A stretch of DNA of 64,000 nucleotides, taken from contig MU058103.1 in the NCBI GenBank assembly GCA_013265495.1, positions 938,870-1,002,869 of the forward strand, in the 5' to 3' direction. Below the pieces are notes generated by a model, which saw nothing but the letters and a program-made list of their open reading frames with translations, made no database searches and was not told the DNA's origin. This DNA is from Vicugna vicugna (lineage: Eukaryota). The position numbers and the translations under genes are program-made. Positions 1 to 13,640 of this stretch are shown one piece after another. Position 1 is the first letter of the stretch; the number at the start of each line of letters is the position of its first letter.

Positions 1-2329
1 TGAGTAAAAAGAAGTAGATTTTTAAATGTTCTAAGAGGGATCAGCCAACATAGGAGGGAAGACTTGACCCAGAAGTTTTGATTCTGGCACTGTCTATTTC
101 ACATTGTTTTTCAGAATGTTTTATCCAGGAACTTATCGCAGGAAGTAGATTTCCTTAGCATAACATCCTGGAAAATCCACTGTAAATCATCTTTGGATAT
201 AAGATAAAATTGAAGGGTACTATTTGTTTTCAATGATTGAAATAGTCAAATTGAAGCTAGATAAAGCTTTTATTAATGTCTCTTGTTAATGCGTAATAAG
301 TGAAGGCAAGTAGAAATACACAATTTGATTCAAACACCATTTTTTCCATACTTTTATCTTACAAATAATGTGCTCTCTAAAACCATTTCCTGAAGGCTTC
401 TCTGTCTCCTATGCTCAGAGACATATGCCCCAGACACAGGGCCAGGTAACTTCTCTTTTATTTTAAAACCCTTCCTGTGTCTTGAACCAGTCTTATCCTT
501 AGTGAGGAAATTACCATAGCCATAGTTGAGCAATCCTGGTAATAGCGCATCAAGTCATCCTTTCAGAGGGGAAACGGCATGTACGGTAGAACCTAATAAA
601 CTTGGATTTAAAGACTGACTTGGCACTTAGAAACTGTGTGACCTTGGACAAATTATTTTTTAACTAATCCAATGCATTCCTCTAAATGTAACTCAAATGT
701 CAAGTTAGGACATCACGCATAAGGTACTGAATAACATCGTCTTCTCTAGGTCTTTGCACCATGATTTTCAAACAAAATGACCATCCAATTTTGTTGTTGC
801 ATAGTTACTCTTAGATAGTCTGCTTTAGTATTCCTCAGTAACTCCCAGCTGGGGATCTAAACAAGCCTCAACAGAATTCCAAAGCAGAATTCTCTAGAAC
901 GTCTGTATGGAATCTGTGCCCCAGATGCGTTCTGCCCAGGACCCTGCCAACCTGCTGCCTGTGTGTCTTCAGATCGTATTTGGGGCTTGAGGCAGGAAAG
1001 AGATGAGCATTAACTTCCTTTGGAGGAACGCTTATGTCGTGGGAGGATGCTGAGCATGGGGGAGAGTGGCCTGAAAGAGGTTAGCTGAGGAGTCAGCTCA
1101 TACAGGTGATCATGGAAAGGAGTTTAGATTTCACTGTGAGCACACAAGAGCCTGGGAAGCCAGGGTGGGTGCTGACATGAGAGACAAAATTTGTTGAAAT
1201 TGTTTCTTTGCCCCTTGTGGTTATGTGATTTGAGTCAGTTCATGTAAATGCTTCAAGCCTGTGTTTCCACATTTTGCTAGGGAGGTGCTGACACCCCAGC
1301 AACTTTGCCAACAGGATGACTGCAAGTGTTCCCTCAGCGAATATGCATGCCTTTGCAGCTTATAACGTCATATAAGCAAAATGTCATAATGGCCATAGCC
1401 ATCTCCTGGGGAAGGGTTACATACTTGAAAGTAGAGGTGGAAAGTGGACTTCTTGTTGATTTATCTTCGTTTCACTTTCTTTTATATCACACAAAGTTTG
1501 GGAGAATAGATTCCTGCCATTTTGACATTCCTTAGCCATGGCTGGAGGTGAAGCAGAGGGCAGACCCAACCAGAGCACATAAATGATGAGGGCTGGCCCT
1601 GGATGCAGGACCCAGGGGACTTTGTAACACATCAAAATGATCATTTCTCTGAACCTACTGAAAGAATAGGAGTTTCCTTTTTGCTGCCACCGCTTAGAGA
1701 TAAGACAGAGGAGCATTTTCTTCAACAATACCTGTAACTTTCTCTCCAATCTTTTATTCATTCATTCACATGTGCCTTCCTTCCACAAACTTTACTGAGC
1801 ACCTGCCTGATGTTTTAAACCCTCTCACTTCTCATCCGTAAAAGGAAGGCAATATTTATATATGCATGTAAGCATAGTCTAGGAGTTATACTAATAATTA
1901 ACATGTATTATCTTGTTTAATTTTTCTGGTCCTCTGATGTAGGCAGTCATTATAATTATGACACTTTTACATAAAGATCATAGACCAGCCTAGATCATAC
2001 AACTAAAAAGCATCAGAACTGGACTTGACCTCAACTCTCTTTGACTTGAAAGCCAAATTATCAGCATCACACTGTTGCCAGCCATAGCTCAAGTGAGGCT
2101 GAAAGGTGAGAGCTCGTGTCAGATGTTGCAGCAGTGTGGTATCCAGCCTCTCCAGCTTCTTGGATAGTGTCTTTCTCTTTCAGGCTTTTCCTGATTCCTA
2201 CAGTCAGGGACAGGCAGCTTAGCTTGCTAGGTAATTTTCCTATGGTGTGAGAATATTTAAGAGGCATGCTGTTAATAGACAAATCTCAATTCCATGATAT
2301 CCTTTCATATTTAGCTTAAATCCACAAGG

Positions 2330-2540
2330 GGCATGTAGTATCGTGGTGGCAAGGAGGCTCTGGGGCCAGACTGCTAATATTGGATCCTGGCTCCATATGT
2401 CACTAATTATGTGATCTTTCTTATTTAAATCTTCTATGCTAGGGATACTAATAAAAGTATCTATCTCATGGAGTTGTTACGGGGATTCAAAATTCTTAAT
2501 ATAGTGATTGACACATAGGTAGTTCTCAAAAAATATTAAC
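2330..2540 (+). mobile_element. MIR SINE
   Basis: GGCTCTGGGGCCAGACTG..ATCCTGGCTC..CACTAA.TATGTGA..TACTAATA..GTATCTATCTCAT.G.GTTGTT. Confidence 0.7.
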
Positions 2541-3029
2541 TACCCACATAGCCATTATTTATGTGATACGATTGTTCTAGCAGTTGCAGTCCCAGGTTTG
2601 AAAGCAATACATGATTTTTTCTGCATGCTCTCTTCACCCATGGTTGATCCTCCACACCATAAATGTGAGCTCTCATCTGTTGAATTACTTTCCTCCTGTA
2701 GCTCAAACTTGCGTGCTCTCCGGCCATGTGATAAATGGTCATTCAATAAATATTGGCTCCATGGAACAGAGAGCATGAAGGTGCTAGGAATGTAGAAGAA
2801 GATGGAGCTCTGCTTTCAAGAGATCCCAGGGTTTAATGAGCACTGGGTGACCATTCAGTTATTTATCAAGCCTTCCGTGAAGAGAACTGTGGCACTGAGA
2901 AGCGTTTGCAGTCACTGACCTCCGATCTCTATGTGAAAGAGTCCCCTTTTTGTCTTTCTCTGTCTCCAAACTACCTGACAGGTTGCCTCAGGCGTACAAA
3001 AAATGAAAGCTTTTATGACGGCCACCGAG

Positions 3030-3265
3030 GGGCAGCATGGGAAGTGGGGAAGAGATCAGGTTTTGGTGTGACAGAGCTGAGCTCCGAGCTGAGCTCTCCA
3101 GTTGAGGAGCTGTGACCTTGGGTCAGTGACAACTTCTTTGAGCCTCTACCTTCTGTAAAGGGGAGACTTTATAGAACGAGAACACTGGCTGAGATTTTGC
3201 GAAGGTCAGTCATGGCACACGTCAGGCACCTAGCACGGTTCCTGGCACGGAATGCAGGCTCAGCC
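3030..3265 (+). mobile_element. MIR SINE
   Basis: GCAGCATGG..AGCTGTGACCTTGGG.CAG..AACTTCTTTGAGCCTC..CTGTAAA.GGG..CACCTAGCAC.GT.CCTGGCAC. Confidence 0.7.
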
Positions 3266-3378
3266 GGCGCCAGTGCTTGGTGGCAGCGCCGGGCACTAAG
3301 GATAATGCCGGCGGGAGGCGTGGCCCTGGCTAAGCAGCAGATGTGGCAGCAACTTCTTTCTTCTCTTTGTTTGTTCAG

Positions 3379-3525
3379 ATGCTGGCTTTATAATGGTAAT
3401 GGATTCTTTTAAAATTCAAAGTCCATTCTCCTGATAAAGAAAAATGATAGTGGGTTTCCCTGTAATTAATGGCATTTTTTAGCATTCCAGTCTGATTGCA
3501 CAGAGAATATAAGATGCCTTCTGTG
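3379..3525 (+). other. Candidate non-coding exon (147 nt)
   Basis: Acceptor CTTCTTTCTTCTCTTTGTTTGTTCAG and donor GTG|GTGAGT; stops in all three frames; lies in unique, non-repeat sequence. Confidence 0.3.
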
Positions 3526-4789
3526 GTGAGTAACGTGCCTTTCTCGTTTTCTAGATTTATGAATTTAGCCCATATGAAATTAATTATTGAGGGTGTATTA
3601 CATGGATGTGAAACATCTGGAATAATAGGGTTTTACTGCTAATAGACCTCTCAGGAGCGCATGACAAACATCCTTATAATAGCAACATATGCTGCTAGTT
3701 TAATGAGAACCATCACTGACAATTAATGGTTCTTGTGCTTTCGGTAAATTACACATTTTCAAATTTTATATTCTTTATTTTCATCTTTATGGTTTCAGTT
3801 TGTGACTTGTGTGAAATGGAGGCCAGAACTCCTTACAGAGGAAGAAAATGTTTGTTGAATGTGTACTATGTGCCAAGCTTAGTGTTACATATTTTATAAA
3901 TGTGCAAATACATGAAGATGCAATTACTTTTGAACCTCAAAGCCACTAGGCACCCCTTTCTGTACAAAAAGAAAGTTGAGATATGGTGAGATTCCTCACT
4001 TCTCAATACAAGTGTCCAAGCTAGATGAAAGGTTGTGTTTGGTCTTTCCTTTACTAGAAGAAGAGAAATTAAAGAATTGTAAGAAAAGATTCTCTCTTCT
4101 GTAAAGGAAATTTCTGCTTGCAATAGACTTTTCACATAATAGCCTTCTAGTGATCCCTGGGTCATAATGAGCTTAAGCTATGTGCACAAAAGATTAATAA
4201 AAAAAAGTCTGTGTATTTAATGTTTTGGTATATTTTGGAAATGAGTCTATGTATAATGCAACATCAAGAGCTCTGGATATATCTAAAAGAGTATCTGTTC
4301 TCCTTGTTCTCTTGGCACAGGGAAACTGAGTGTTTAATGAGGATCAGCTACGTACAAGCTAGATATTGCACTGGAGAACCTGATGCTCTGAAGTCAAAGG
4401 TTCTGCCTGACGCCTAAAATCTCCCTGCTGCTCTACCCCATTTGTTTATTTTGGCTATTATGTATTTTTCAAATGTACTACTGATGGAAAAGAAACATTA
4501 TTGATGTATTTTTAGACAAATAACAGTTTTTTAGGGGCAACAGAAAGAGAACATGATACAGTAGCCAAAACAGAGAATGTGTTTAGGAAAAGAAAAATAA
4601 ATGGTAGACCCACCATTATAGCTAGAAGGAAGAATTAGCCCTGTTCGTGTTTTATTAATCTGGATTTAGTCATCACTGCCTTTATACAGATATAGGGGCA
4701 AAGTTCCTGTGACTCCATCCAATTTTATTATTGGGTGTGCATATTATTTGAAATTATCCTGTTTAACTATTTGAATCTGGATTATAACT

Positions 4790-4920
4790 TCCTCCCTTCA
4801 TAGGAATGTAAGTTCCATGAGAGTAGAGACATTTTCTGCTTTGTTTTCTGCTGTCTACCCAAAGATTAGTGTAATGCAGGCACATAGGTGGCACCCCACG
4901 AATATTTACTGAATGAATGG
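4790..4920 (+). mobile_element. L2 3' end
   Basis: GAATGTAAGTTCCATGAGAGTAGAGAC..GGCACATAGG..AATATTTACTGAATGAATG. Confidence 0.75.
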
Positions 4921-7900
4921 CCACTTTTCAAATCTGTATCATATATCCCTTCACTATACCATCATTTAAGGGGTGTATGCTGTGTGCCAGGGTGGATATA
5001 GCTGCATGATACATGCACATATGTATGCAAAAGTGAGAGGCAAAATTACATAGCAGGCAAGTACATAAACTCAAAATAATGTTGGGACCCCTTGTCACAT
5101 AAACTCAGAAAAGCCCGTGACTTTTCTGAGCCCCCTTTGTCTCATTGATAAAACACTGATGATACCTGCCGGCTTCATCCTGCCCTGGTAGCAGCATGCA
5201 CTCGGCTGTTCCCACCCTGACTCATCCCTGAGCCTTTGAGAATCCTGGAAGAGGAAGAGGTGATCTCTCTTACTAAGCCATGGCATCTAGGTACAGTCTG
5301 TGGATTGCACACCACAGGCCATGTGCATGTTTAACAGCAACACCGGGCACTTTCAGGAGCTCTAGGACATGACGGTTATCTGTCCACTACCAGGTGTGAC
5401 TGTGCTTCCAGAACAGCTGCTGTCAGAGTCTCAGGTTCTTCTTCCAGACCCCACTGAGAGAGGACCCTGGTACTCAGACGCTGGCCTGTGATGGCCCTGG
5501 TGCCTTCACCTTGGTCCTGCCAGTGCCTTCCCTGGAAGCTAGGCCCTGCTTTCTGCTTTCCAGGTATTATATCAGTATCTTCTGACTCTATTGCTTGGCC
5601 AAATCTCAGATGCCCCCAGCTTCTATCACCTGACACCTTCCATCTGATAACTTAGATGCCAGTATCTCAAGTCAAACTCAAGTTTATTCCTCAGCTCTTC
5701 TCAATCTCCCAGAATGAACAGCTGGCCTTTGTAGACCACTAATCCAGTGAATTTCCCTCAGTCACCACACCGAGCTCACCACTGATCCAGTGCTATAAGA
5801 GGAACATATGGATATCACAGTCTGTAACTTTGTGTTTGTGTGAATTCAGAGCAAATCTAACAAAAGCATTGAAAGCCCCTGCAAAATGAATTCCCCTTGA
5901 CATGTAAAGAGTGTAATTTGCAAGGTCAGTTGCAAACAGTCTCCACTAATCATGAAAAACAAGATGCATTCACACCTCTGGTGACTATTTTCTGCCTTTT
6001 TAACCTAAGCTAAAGACAATAAACTGTAGACAGATCCTTTCATTAATGATAGAATTTATCCCATAGTGAACTTTAGCTCAAGATAGTCCTACATATCAAG
6101 ATTGGAGCTGCATTATAAGTTTGGTCTGGATTCCATATTTTAATGTTCAGAGACTCTTTAAGAGTTGGGGTGGTAAAGACGCCTAATATAATATGAAGTT
6201 TTCTAAATCTGTTTTCACTTTATTGACCACTTTCTAAAAATAAAAGAATAAGACTATTAAAATGAAAACAAAACAAAACAAAACACAGGTTAGATTCAGC
6301 TTGCTATTTATTGAGTGAATAAATCCTTGAAAAGTGCCTGCAGCCTAGCACCATACCTGGCACCTGCAAGTGCTCAGTAAATGTTGGTTGAATGAAAGAA
6401 CGTCACCCACTGACCTTTTCTCTCATGGGTCACAGGAGCTGAGAAAGACCAAGGTCAGGGATAATGAGGCTTCACAACCTCACGGCCACGGTGAGAATTA
6501 TGGGAGTGCTTTAGAAGTGAGTTATTTGAAGCTCAGCAGGGAAAGATTCTTCATCCTCCCAGATCTCTGCTGTCACTTTACAAAAAGAAATAAAGACTTA
6601 TCTTGATGACAAGGGACATTCAGGGATAAAGATGCCGAATACGGTCCGAGGCTGGAGCTCTTGGAGGGCTGTGGGTGAAGCAGTTTGAATAACAGGAGAG
6701 TCGGTCTTTAGAATCCTCCACAGAGGCTTGGGAAGATGTGTAAAGCACTTGGGATTTGATTTTACTTTTCAGGGTTTTCTGTTCTGTTCTTGTATTTGCT
6801 GTCGCTGAGCGGAACAGAAGGCAAACCCAGCAGAGTGTTCAGATTGTAAGGTTTTGCTTTATTTATTTTAGAAGGAAAGGAAGGTCATGGAAGGCTTTAG
6901 AGGAAGGTGCCTTTTTTTCCTGATGAAAATATCTGTACAACATTTTGAAATGCAATGTAGAGCCAGCTCTTTTTCCTTGGGGAATTTTTAATGTACAAAG
7001 AATTTGAAGGTTTTCTTTGAATACCTGAGGAAGGAAGGAAGTGAGCTATCTTCGTAATCTACGAAAATTCTGTATCTTCTTATTCCCCTATGTCCTTAAA
7101 ATAAGTAACCTACAAAAAGTGATTAATGACATAGCCTTTGCCCTTCAAAGGAAATGGAAAAAAGGCAGTGTTTATCATATGGCTACCACCTGTCCAATTC
7201 TGTGATAAACGTGCTCTAGTCCTACCTCACTTAGTACTTACAGAGACCCGAGGAAGCAGACACAATCATCCTTATGTTACAAATTGTGAAATCGAGACTT
7301 AGGAGGTTGAAGATGCTTGTCTTTTGTATCTGTCAGTCTCTTATCAGCCACCATGAGCACTGACTCTCCTGGAAATTTCCCCTCTCCTTGCCTGAGAGCT
7401 AACCCTTCCCTCCTCTGGGTCGTCTCTGCACTTCCCACATACTTTTAACATCATATCTCTGCATTTGAATTAATTTCTTTTCAAGTTTTGTCCCCCCTTT
7501 ACTAGAATGTGTCTCTAGATAGTCAGGACTGAGGTTTTCATCTCTATGTTCTTTGTACCGAACACAGAAATGTTTAGTTTTTGAAGTAAATGCCACATAA
7601 CCAGTTAGGCATGGAGTCAGAATTTAAATTTCACGTCTCTCTGATTCTGAAAGCTCATGCGTTTTTCATTCCACGATGATTTCAAAACTCGAAGACAGAC
7701 AGAAAGATTAATGCAATTGTGTTATTAAGTAATGCACTTAAGTAATATCATTATATCCCATTTACATACTTAATATAAATATACCAGGGTTAAGAAATAG
7801 GCAGGCAATTCATAGGTAATGCAGATTCAGAAAATGTGAAGCCCAGGGAGAGCTTACATTCATATGTAATATGTCTAAGAATGTTCCTTTTGGTTCACCA

Positions 7901-8239
7901 ATTTATTATTATTATATAACTGCAACACGATAGGCCCTGTGGGAGGTAGAAAGGTGAAAGGAGCAGGGATCCTGCCCTTCCTAAGTTGTCAGGTACTGTC
8001 ATGCAGGGAAATAGAGCACACGCTGCGCTGTATCTGATGGTGAGTGACTCATCTCTCTGAACTGTACTTTTTGAATGTCTAAATTGGTGCCAATAGTACC
8101 CCTCAGGATCATTATAAAAATTAAAACAGATAGCATATGCTATTAAGCCCAGCGCCTAACATAGATGAAGGTCAATCAATCACTGCTATTCCTCAGCTCA
8201 CATGTAGTTATGAATCTGGATATGGCTGTAGGCTTCAAT

Positions 8240-8445
8240 CAGAGGTTCCCAATGGGGGAGACAGGGAGATGTGTTTCCTCAGGGAACATCTGGCAATTTC
8301 TGGAGATGTTTTTGGTCATTGCAGCTTGGGGTGTGCTGCTGGTTTCCCATGACTGGAAGCCAAGGATACAGTGAAACAGCCACTAATGCCCAGGGAAGTC
8401 AGTTCCCAGAAGAGAATTAAAGAATGATCTGGTCCCAAATGTCAT
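8240..8445 (+). mobile_element. MER20-like hAT-Charlie DNA transposon
   Basis: CAG.GGTT.CCAA..GGGG..CAGGGAACAT.TGGCAAT.TCTGGAGA..TTTTGGT..AAAGAATGATCTGG.CCCAAATGTCA. Confidence 0.8.
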
Positions 8446-9917
8446 GGGATATAAATGCAGATATAGATATCGATGCAGATGTAAAAAGTAGTAAGTGTCA
8501 CAAATACCAGGTCTAGCCTTGTGAGAGTATAGAGGAAGACGAGAGATGAGCCCTGACTCCAAATCTGAGGACTGCTTATGAGAGTCAGGGTTTATCTGGC
8601 CTTTGGAATGTAGCCAGGTAGAAAGAGCAAAAGCACAAATGGGATTTTAGGAGGAGCTTGATTAACAGGGAAAAGAGTCTTTTGGGGATTAGAGTCAACA
8701 AAAGGATTTTCCAATCATACAGTGAAACCTGGAAAACCAAGTGGAGGACTTAGTAGTCCTGTATCAAAGGATGACAGCATAGGGGACAAAATGCATGGAG
8801 GGGTACAGAATGAGGACCAGGGTATGAGAGCAAGGACAGGAGCAGAGCCAAGGAGTGCGCAGAGAGGAGATGGCGTATTCCTTCATTTATTGGGAAAGAA
8901 AAGACACTTAAAAATATCAGATGCCCCATGTATATACCACAGGCTTACCTAGGCAATGAGAAGAAAAACACATATAAAGCCCAGGTCCTAAGTTCATAAA
9001 AGAAAAAACCTGCAAAATTTGACAATAAAATGTGCATGTTGGTGAAAAAAACAAGTTAGAGATTAAGGATGAAAAATAATTTATTTTTGATATTAGAGAA
9101 ATTATGGTTGATTAATCTGTGACTGCTACATCTAAAACTGGATTGGGGATGCTGGACTGCTACATTCAAACTGTGTCACTCATTTGCTCTGTGAACCTGG
9201 GCAAGGTCCTGAACCGCACAGATTCTCATTTGGTCATTGGTGAAATGTGGGTACCAGTGCTTCCAACTACTTTATACTCAGCAAGTATAAACACATACAT
9301 ATACATAAAGGAAAATCATTATTTTTGCTCATATTCTAGATTGATAGCACCATTTATAAAGGATTTCCATGATAGTCTTTGTTAGCATTATTTAGTTGTT
9401 TGTAACCCATGGCTAAAAATTGTTTTTTTCCAAACTTTTATGGATATCAACATTTCAACTTTTCTTCATATTCAAGTGAAACTAGGCTAACAGAATTTTC
9501 ATATCCATATTTAGTTTATCAATGAATATAATTTACTAAGTAGCAATTAAGTTTGCACTTGTAAAAATAATTAAAATAGATTGCAATAAAAATAACACCA
9601 TACTATATGTAACCTGTTACTGCTTGCTTTTCCATTCAACATTAAGTTGCTAAAATGCATCCATAGTGTTGTGTGTGAGTTTCTTCATTTCCACTACTGA
9701 ATAATTACTTACCATGTGATTATGCTACAAGTTCAACTCTCAAAATATATGCAAAGCCAATGGTATTTTGCTAAAGAATAAAAGTACGTATTCATATCAC
9801 AACAACAAAATGAAAAGGACTATAAACACAATTTCAGGATAGTGATATGTCTGGGATAAAATGAAAAAATAGTTCAGAGAAGAAGCACATAGATAGATGT
9901 AGTAATATCACTAACCT

Positions 9918-10399
9918 TGTCACCGAACACAAGTTCGTGTGCCCAATGCTGAGTGAGACTAAACAAATCAAAATGTCGGAGTTTGGAGCAGAGAAACGTT
10001 TACTGCAGGGCTGAACGAAGAAGACAGGGTGACTCATGCCCAAGAAAACTCTGAACTCCTCCAAGGGTTTCAGCAAAGCACGTTTAAAGGCTAACCGGTG
10101 GAGGGGGGGTCACAGGATACATGATTAGCTGGTGCACAATCCTCTGATTGGTTGATGTTGAGGTAACAGGGCAGTCAACATTATCAACCCTTAGGCTCCA
10201 GGAGGTCTAGGGGCCACATGTTCACAATCAGTCATCAAGTAGTTAATTTCTTCCCTTTGGTGGTAGTTTTTAGCTTCTGAAAACCTCAGGAAATAGGCAG
10301 GAGATACTGTTATCTGGGTACTTCAGAGAGGAGCTACAGCAAAGGATATGGGGAAGGGGACTGTCCCAGGAAGGCCCCACAAGGTCCTGCTCCGTTACT
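9918..10399 (-). mobile_element. Solo LTR of the same family as the 23071-28746 provirus, nested in an old L1 3' end
   Basis: Reverse complement aligns along the whole LTR (e.g. AAGTTCGTGTGCCC, GTTTACTGCAGGGC, CTCTGATTGGTTGATG, CCTTTGGTGGTAGT); more diverged; no clean TSD. Confidence 0.88.
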
Positions 10400-11691
10400 G
10401 AGTTTCAGTTCTTAAGTATGGTTGTGGGTACATAGCTGTTTATCATAATGCTTCAGAATTTATACACACACACACACATATATGTATACACACACCACAT
10501 ATGTATTTACAGAAGTAGATTACACACACATGTACATATACATATATATCCACACATACAACACATTATTTATATTTGTGATATATATAAAACATCTTTA
10601 AAATGTAAAAAAAAAGACATGTTTAAATCTGTAGCATAGTAAAGGGACATACACACATGGAACACAGTGGCCCAGGGAACGAAAGAGGAATCACCTATCT
10701 TGGCTGGATGGATGACAGATGGGATTTTTAAAAAGGAAGACTTACAGTGTATGTTATATCTTGGCTGGTTTTCTGAGGAATGTATAAATGTTTACCTTAT
10801 TCAGAGAGAAAGGGAATTCCAGGCAGAAGAAAAGGTTTGCCTGCCCTGAAAACCTCTTTGTATATTTCTGTATCATATTTACTATTTCCGATATCCCTAA
10901 CCACACAGTATACATATGTAACAGTATATAAATGTTAAATAAATGAACACATTCAGGATGGGTAGAATGTGTGTAGATGTGTGCGTGTGTGGAACTTATA
11001 GGAAAAAATGTTAGACAAGCAGAAAAGAGCTAAGAAGTTTTCATTGCCATGCCGAGGATTTTAGGAAAGTCATATGGTGTTTTAAGTAGGGAGTGATGAA
11101 TTTCGAGAGTGGTAGATCACGCTGGCTTGGAGGTTGGGGGTGGGACCCTGTATAAGATCAGGAAGGCCAGTTAGTAGGGAGTGATCTGGTCCCAGCCAAA
11201 AGTGATAAAATAGAGCTGGGAGAACAACGAAAGCAGTGGCCAGGAGGGAATTTTCAGAGAGTTAATGAGATGCCAGACAAGGAGGTAGTGTTATTGCCAT
11301 GAGTCTAGAAAAAGTCACCAATATCTGTAGCATATTTCTCTCGGTCTTAAAGAGATGCAGATCCTCCTCCAATGTTTTACAAAGATTATATTGTTCTTTC
11401 TTTCAACTTCTTGAATTTCAGCTTTGGATGGACATACAATACTTGTTTGGACAATGTATTTCATAAGGGCTTGTAAAATTAGAAATCATCTTCTGGTGGT
11501 AACTCAAAGTGTGTTTGATTTTTTTTAGGGCTAAAATTCAGGGGTTTGTTTTTTGTATATGAGATAAAGAGACATTCCCCGCAAATGACTCTGAAAGCAT
11601 GGACTGAACTTCTCCACTCCGTCTCTTTCACCTCTAGCACAGTATCAGCGCACGTTCATTCATTGTTACCATAAGTATCTGACACTTGCTC

Positions 11692-12092
11692 TGGCGTGGT
11701 GTGCTGTGCTGCCCATTCTCTCCCTTCGTGATGGAGGCACACAGCCCCGCAAGTGCTGATGACGCTCAGCGGAATCCCTCCATGGAAGTTGTCTTCAGCT
11801 CAAGAAGGCTGCTTTGCTTTTTTCATTCCCATTCCCAGGGAACAACAGCCTACATTAATAACTAGCCAAAGAGTCAATTAAAATCCATTCATTTGCCTCC
11901 AGGTGGGACAACTTCCAATTCCAGAATTTTGCATGTGACGGAATGAGGCCTTTAGTACAATTGCATCACAATTCAACTCCCTTTTTCAACTCGATCCTAC
12001 TTTCTTTGCTTGCTCATTGGTATTGATCACTAATAAGTTTCCTGCTCATAAATTCTCATCTCCGAGTCTGTTTCTCAGGGAGCCCAAACTAA
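11692..12092 (+). mobile_element. LTR16-like (ERVL) ancient solo LTR
   Basis: Characteristic GCCTCCAGGTGGGACAACT and 3' end AATAAG..CCTGC..AAATTCTCATCTCCGAGTCTGTTTC..GGGAGCCCAAACTAAG. Confidence 0.7.
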
Positions 12093-12343
12093 GTTTTCTG
12101 TCAAGTATGTGGCACAGAGGATATAATAGTTCTGGAGATACTGAATAGATCCAAACGTCAAAGTTAAAGCAAGAGTGGCATTTCTGGGTGTATGAGGGTA
12201 GATGACTGTGCTATGTCACACTGCTTGAATGGTAGATTGGTATCCTTGAGGAGCAAATTGGTAACATTCAAGTAGCTGCATGAAGGCGTAACAATTTTTA
12301 AAACCACTGGGGTAGTATACTGTTATCTCTTTAAGAACAATGG

Positions 12344-12751
12344 AAGTGAAGTAAGTCAGAGAAAGACAAATGTCAAATGCTATAACTTCTATATGGAATC
12401 TAAAAAAATGATACAAATGAACTTATTTATAAAATAGAAATAGACTCACAGACAAAGAAAACAAATTTATGGTCACCAAAGGGGAAAGAGGGAGAGGGAT
12501 AAAGTAGGAGTTTGGGATTAACAGACACACTCTACTATATATAAAATACATAAACAATAAGGACCTACTGTATGGCACAGGAAACTATATTCAATATCTT
12601 GTAACAGCCTATAATGGAAAAGAATATGAAAAAAGTATATATATACATATATACATATATATATATATATATGCACATACATACATAAAACTGAATCACT
12701 TTGCTTTACACCTGAAACATTGTAAATCAACTACACTTCAGTTAAAAAAAA
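12344..12751 (+). mobile_element. 5'-truncated L1 3' end (cetartiodactyl type)
   Basis: AAGTGAAGTAAGTCAGA..ATGGAATCTAAAAAAATGATACAAATGAACTTATTT..GGACCTACTGTAT..ACTGAATCACTTTGCT..TGTAAATCAACTA plus A-tail; possible TSD AAGAACA at a TT/AAGA site. Confidence 0.9.
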
Positions 12752-13419
12752 GAACAGAGATATGCTATGGAGATTGGCAACATTTTCTGTCCACAGTCAT
12801 GGGTGCAGACTTAGTCATCTCTCTATAGAGGATTTACTGTACCTCGAAGCTTTAATCTTAGAGAACATTGATTTACTCTTCAAGAAATTTAGGGGCTTCT
12901 GCTGGCCTCCAGACTGAGAGGAGTTTAACTTTGTATGAATATGTTTTGCCTTTCCTGCCTATATATACAAGGCAGTGAAGGGAATCATATTAAAAGATGG
13001 CTGAGTTCAGGGTTTCAAGGTAAAAAGATCACTTTGTTTTCATATAATAGGCCACCAAACAAGATGAAAGAATCCTATTTGTTGGCCAAATTGTGTGGGC
13101 TTTTGCAGCCTAAATTGCTCATAGAAGTCTGGATTGAAACTTAAGTGACAACATAAGTCCATGCTGATTAAAAATTTCATAATAAGTTCAATATTTGAAC
13201 CTGCTCTGACCCCCCAACATATACACATCCACAGATACTTGGAAATAACAAAAAAGAAGAGTTTTTCTAGTTTCCCTTTTGTTCATGGCTATTTAAAGTG
13301 TCAAAGGGGTAAATGAGGCTCAGCCCTTAACAATGAGAGCTGTTATATGGCTGAACAAAGGGCACTGTTTTCTTGTTGGCATAAATGAAAAACGAAAACA
13401 ATACAAAATGTATGGAAGC

Positions 13420-13640
13420 ATGTACTTAATTAAAGACAGACCTAGATTTCTACTACCGTCCTCCATTTTCTAGATCAGTGTACTAGGGTAAATTACTGAC
13501 CTTAACCTCAGTTTTCTCATCTGTAAAATGGGGAAAATAAACCATCTTTACTGGGTTATGTGATAATCATGTAAGTTAATATATGTGAAGTTTGTAAAAC
13601 GGAGACGGGCACATAATCTGTTCTCAAGTGTCTTGAGTAG
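13420..13640 (+). mobile_element. MIR SINE
   Basis: CCTCAGTTTTCTCATCTGTAAAATGGGG core. Confidence 0.8.
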
